64,000 nucleotides of DNA from Harriotta raleighana (Eukaryota). Positions 59,677 through 64,000 of this stretch are shown here, in pieces; position 1 is the stretch's first letter, and every line of letters begins with the position of its first letter. The position numbers and the translations under genes are program-made. The notes under the pieces were generated by a model that was not told the DNA's origin, ran no database searches, and worked only from the letters and a program-made list of their open reading frames with translations. Location: contig JBNZDD010013686.1 of NCBI GenBank assembly GCA_050575255.1, forward strand, positions 5,111,794-5,175,793, in the 5' to 3' direction.

Positions 59677-62600
59677 CTTAAATAGAAAGTATATTAAAAA
59701 AAACTGGTTCATGTTTTGGGAATAATTGCTTTAAAATTTCACTTTTTAACATGAACAATTAATAATGCAGTTCTACTAAAGTTAGTTGCTTCTCTTTAAA
59801 CAAGTTAATAACATGTCTGGGTGAATGTTTAAAAACATACCTATCCCAATAGGATTCAAGTTTAAAAATGCCAAATTACCTAGTGTTAATACTAGCAAGC
59901 AGGGAATAGCTGGTCAAATTGTAAAAACAGCAAGAATGTTATTCAATCAGAAATTTGTACACAGCAATCTCCTACAAACAACCATGAGGCCTGATGCCTA
60001 AAACACTGGAAGAAACTCCCTTCTTGTTTTTAAAACGGCCCCATGTTTTAACATCTCACCAAAACAGTGGCATCTTCAGCTACACAACATTCCCCCAACG
60101 CTGCAGTGTGACTCAGAGATTACATTTCTAGAGCGTCATGTGTATGGCAGTAAAAAAAAGTGATCATACCTGTCGCCTGATCCAGGGATTCCACCTGATG
60201 TAATAATTGACCCAGAGTTCCAGGTGTCGCATGCTGGCGACTGGGTACAGTACATTGTGCTGATCTTTTGTGTAGAAGGGATTGGTGTACTTCTCAAGTT
60301 CACTATTTGTATAAGACCACAAGGATATAGTTCCTTTTCTCACCTCCTTGAAGCAAAATAAATACACTTGAGTTTTAATGATTGTTAGCATTATCACAGT
60401 TAACCCCATGATTTTGAAAATAATCAAACAAGCAAGGGAGTGAGAACACAAATGTATGTAAAGTTTTTTTTTTAATGATTTCTCTACTTCTCTCTCACTT
60501 CCCTACCCCATGCATTCCCAGTCTTACCCCATGCATTCCCACTTCTGTGGTTTAGAAGAATTATACAGCAGGAAATAGGAAATATCAAACTAAAGTAGAG
60601 TTAGTGGGATATGTGCACTAACTGTACACAGAAGTACTTTAGTGAATATCACATGAAATATCAATGAAAGTCACATTGCAGTACACAAACCTCCTTCAAT
60701 CTCTGTTGTTCACAGTTGTAAAGGAAGGTTCCAAACCGACAGCTATAGAGGTGATCCAGAATGGTGATCAAGAAATGCTCATTAAACTGAAAAGCTGTAG
60801 GAAACTAAAATCAAGAGATAAAGATAATGAAATACAGATCTTTTAACATCATTTTAGTACAATAACATTCAGTTTTATTGCGCCCTTCACCTAGATTACT
60901 GTTTCAGAATGTTTCACGAAAGACATCAAGCAAGGGCTGAGTTTGCTGATTCGAAGATGGTTGACTGTTAAAAGACAGTAACCATGCACATTACACAAGG
61001 GCATCTCCTAGTGGTCAGCTAGGGAGCCATACTACAGGAAAACTAACATGTCCTATCAGTTGGGACAATAACATTTAATGACTTGTGTCAAACTAGTATA
61101 AATCACAAATGACGGATTTACTTAATAATCTACACTGCGTAGGGATAATTCAATGTAATCGATAAGCATACATGCGGTACTTCATCACTGGAGCCGGTAA
61201 ACGAGGAAATAACGGAGCATAAAGGAGCAGCGTTACGAGTTAGGAGATGATTAACATGACGAGTGCAAAGAAATGTTAACAAATTCTAATGCACAACAAT
61301 AGCATTTGAATGAATGGAATCCTTTACCTGTTTTGTCATTTGCCACACGCAGTCAATTAACTGCAGGAATATAGGAGACCGGTCTGCATCTGCATGGTTC
61401 TTATCACCGTGACCTATTCGCTGAAGAAAGTGAATCAAATGGTGTTTTGCCAAAAAAAAACATTTGATGGAGGTTCGTTGAAATAAATGCATATGGTTAC
61501 TGAATTAAACAGTGAATGTACATTCAGCTATTTAAATAGGGATAGAGAAAGCCTACCAGTATATTTTACTATTCTCAAATATGTATATATTATATCCTGT
61601 TACATTATAGCATAGTCAACTGATCTCATCAATCATGTGAATATTTGGATGAATTAAAAAATGGCCAATTTGTGAGTTGTATTTTTTCAAAATGCAAAAT
61701 TACTGATTGTAACTGTAATAAGTAAATCAAATTCACCTTAAAATATTTCAAGTGCCTTTTAGGAACAATATTTGCTCTACTTCTCATTCCACACTCATGT
61801 TAATAGTTGCATATTAATTTTGTGACACCTCTATGTCACAAGCAATGGGACTTAAGATAAAAAGATAATGTATAATGAATATTTATTGCCACTAAAGGTC
61901 TCTGGCAGGTATCATAAACAGTCTCAAGTGTAGCAATTAGAAAAATAACCTCAAGTTACAGCAGGTTTAATCCAACTGGAGACATAATGCATGAAAATTC
62001 TTTGATGTTCCTAGATAGTCACTTTCCAACAGCATCACCAGCATTGTTTTATGTATATAACAAAGTTGTATTCAGGAAAATGTAGTATTGTAAAAATGAA
62101 TAGCATACGGCAGTGACAGCCAACCTTTTTGGTTGGCCAACAAAATAATCATAGGAATAACAAAATAGCATAGATTTATGCCCTAAATCAACCAACAAAT
62201 TTTCAATCAAGAAACATTTATTTTGTTGGTTAACCAAAAAGGTTGGCCCAAAACATTGGTCACAACCGACATAAGGTATAAATAGACATTCCATGAACCT
62301 GATTTTGTTTGTTGTTAACCTTCCACTTAAAACATGTATGTGAATGCTGGAATCACTGATACCATTTCTACAGCTATCAGTCAATATGTATTTAAACTCT
62401 GTTTTGGTAATAAAATCACTGCTTCCTTGTCAAAACAGCCATCCTGAAATAGAGTAGGGCAAGGAAAGTTAGATTATGCTGCTGACCACCAGCATTCATT
62501 GCGCCTCAGGCAGTGTGCATTTCAGAGACAGATGCGATAGTTTCCTACCGTGGGTTACTCTATCAGATCTGAGACAATAAAGTAAGGCAGGATGAACTAG

Positions 62601-63918
62601 ATTCAACATGCATTACTGTTATCTTTCTCCATCAAATCAATCAATATGAAAGCTATTTTCATAAGTAGCATCATCAGCAGAGTTGCAAAACATCTGACAG
62701 AATTTTGCACCTTACATCACATTATAGATTTTTCTACAAATGTGCTACTCCATAAAATAATTATTCCAATAATTTTACACCAGTCTACCATTCATCAAAG
62801 GTCACCGCAAATTGTCATCACCTCATCCTAACCCAGCAGTGTATTTTTGCCAGCAAAGAAAGGACTATATTTCTTTCTTTATAGAAAGGAACCCAGTTAA
62901 AGCATCCTAATGTAAGGCATAGACTCGCTTTTATACACCATGGGTTCCCACACTAAAATATGCCTGAGTTATCAGGTCATTGCCGACATCAGTTTGCAAA
63001 CAACTTATAAGTTAAGACATTGTTTTATGTCTCGCTAATAATACAGTCGTTAAGAGATACTGGATCCAGCTACTATAACCTTCAAATCAAATCTGCATAA
63101 TGGTATTTTTCAAATTCTTACCATTGCAAATTTGTGACCAAAACTTATCCACTCCTTTTCAATAAGGACTTCAAAACCTCTTATTGTTCGGTAGTAGCTG
63201 TCTAGCATCAGCATCGCAAGTGATGTAAGTTGTGCAGTACGATCCCAACCGTCACTGCAATGCACTAAAACAGAATTTTTCCCAGATGAAACCTTGTCCG
63301 CGACTTGAATTGCTCCCGTCAGAACAAACTATAAAATAGGAAAAGGTATGTCATGCATTTTCACTAAAACTTCAAACACCTATGACTGTTATTTAAAATG
63401 TTTGAGTTAACTTAAAAGAGGCTTGATGCCATTCAGAAGTTTCAAAGTTATTAAATAAAATCTTGTCTCAAATTTCAAAGCTTGCACACATTTTCGCCCA
63501 GCTACAACTAATTACAAACTTCAACTTTAATTTTGTCATGTGATTAGAACCAGACATTTGATAAAAGCTCAAGAGATATAATTAGATGCCTTTCAATCTT
63601 GAAGTCAAAAGTTCACCATCCTTCTGGGACATTTATTTTATTTCTGCAGTGACCAACACTACCCATAAAAGCATGGTATAAATAAACTCATTATTCCTTC
63701 CACATAATCAGTAGATTCATAACACTTCTTACCTTAATATGTTCTAACCAATGTGTTGATTCGAGACTGGAAAGCCAATGGGATTCTTCCACAGTAGGAT
63801 AAACAATATCTTTTAATTTCCTCAGTGATTCCCTCATGACGTGAATATTATGAATATCAAGGAAGACAAGTTCAGCTTTTTGGTAGGCATCATCACCTTC
63901 ATAACCTCCCCCAGTCGC
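59497..63918 (-). CDS. MTM1: Myotubularin 1 (3' part, exons 10-15; 5' exons lie beyond the window end)
   Basis: Exons 63733-63918, 63122-63328, 61328-61420, 60691-60804, 60170-60346, 59497-59676. Sizes 186/207/93/114/177 match MTM1 exons 10-14. MTM1-type residues [41 protein letters not shown]; tandem upstream of MTMR1. Confidence 0.95.
59950..60135 (-). mobile_element. Degenerate DeuSINE remnant in MTM1 intron 14
   Basis: Minus strand gatgccactgttttggtgagatgttaaaac...aagaagggagtttcttccagtgt...tgtttgtaggagattgctgtgtacaaatt parallels 17095-17485. Confidence 0.55.
60170..60346 (-). CDS. MTM1: MTM1 exon 14
   Basis: [15 protein letters not shown]...[18 protein letters not shown]; aag / gtatga. 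Confidence 0.94.
60691..60804 (-). CDS. MTM1: MTM1 exon 13
   Basis: [38 protein letters not shown]; tag / gtttgt. Confidence 0.94.
61328..61420 (-). CDS. MTM1: MTM1 exon 12
   Basis: [31 protein letters not shown]; cag / gtaaag. Confidence 0.95.
62119..62247. repeat. Foldback inverted repeat (30-bp arms, 28/30 matched), possibly hAT/MITE-derived
   Basis: gccaacctttttggttggccaacaaaataa (62119-62148) versus ttattttgttggttaaccaaaaaggttggc (62218-62247). Confidence 0.8.
63122..63328 (-). CDS. MTM1: MTM1 exon 11 (catalytic CX5R)
   Basis: [69 protein letters not shown]; tag / gtaaga; missing from the ORF track. Confidence 0.95.
63733..63918 (-). CDS. MTM1: MTM1 exon 10
   Basis: [62 protein letters not shown]; cag / gtaaga. 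Confidence 0.95.
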
Positions 63919-64000
63919 CTGCAAAAAAAAAAGAAAAACACTTACTATACAAGATGGCAAAAACGCACACTCTTGTAATCTATAATAGATTCTATATTTT

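Noticed and set aside
61001-61018. CTCF-like motif (minus strand TGACCACTAGGAGATGC)
   Set aside because: Mismatches in the GGC core; cannot be supported without PWM scoring or ChIP data.
61051-61192. Possible intronic C/D snoRNA on the minus strand (GTGATGA ... CTGA)
   Set aside because: Only a 3-bp terminal stem, no convincing rRNA complementarity that I can recognise, and such boxes occur by chance.

Overview
Vertebrate genomic DNA, not prokaryotic. The repeat content (tRNA-head/Deu-fragment/L2-tail SINEs, L2 with (GTT)n tails, CR1) suggests a cartilaginous fish such as a chimaera; this is an inference. The window holds the conserved MTM1-MTMR1-CD99L2 block. On the + strand is a CD99L2 orthologue (10 coding exons, 11801-28173; the signal-peptide exon was not found and probably lies upstream of the window). 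On the - strand are a complete MTMR1 (15 constitutive coding exons, 54467-36028, 650 aa) and the last six coding exons of MTM1 (63918-59497). I rebuilt all exons by hand; frames and GT-AG boundaries are consistent. Almost all ORFs in the supplied track are intronic or repeat noise. I found no convincing undescribed biological system. The best leads are an alternative-exon module in MTMR1 intron 2 (a 24-nt microexon plus a candidate 69-nt GC-AG exon in a TGCATG cluster), a strong-Kozak uORF in the MTMR1 leader, MTMR1 exon 7 sandwiched between two related MITEs, Deu-domain SINE relatives, and several hairpins. Three apparent tandem duplications next to single Ns are probably assembly artefacts; one duplicates a CD99L2 exon.
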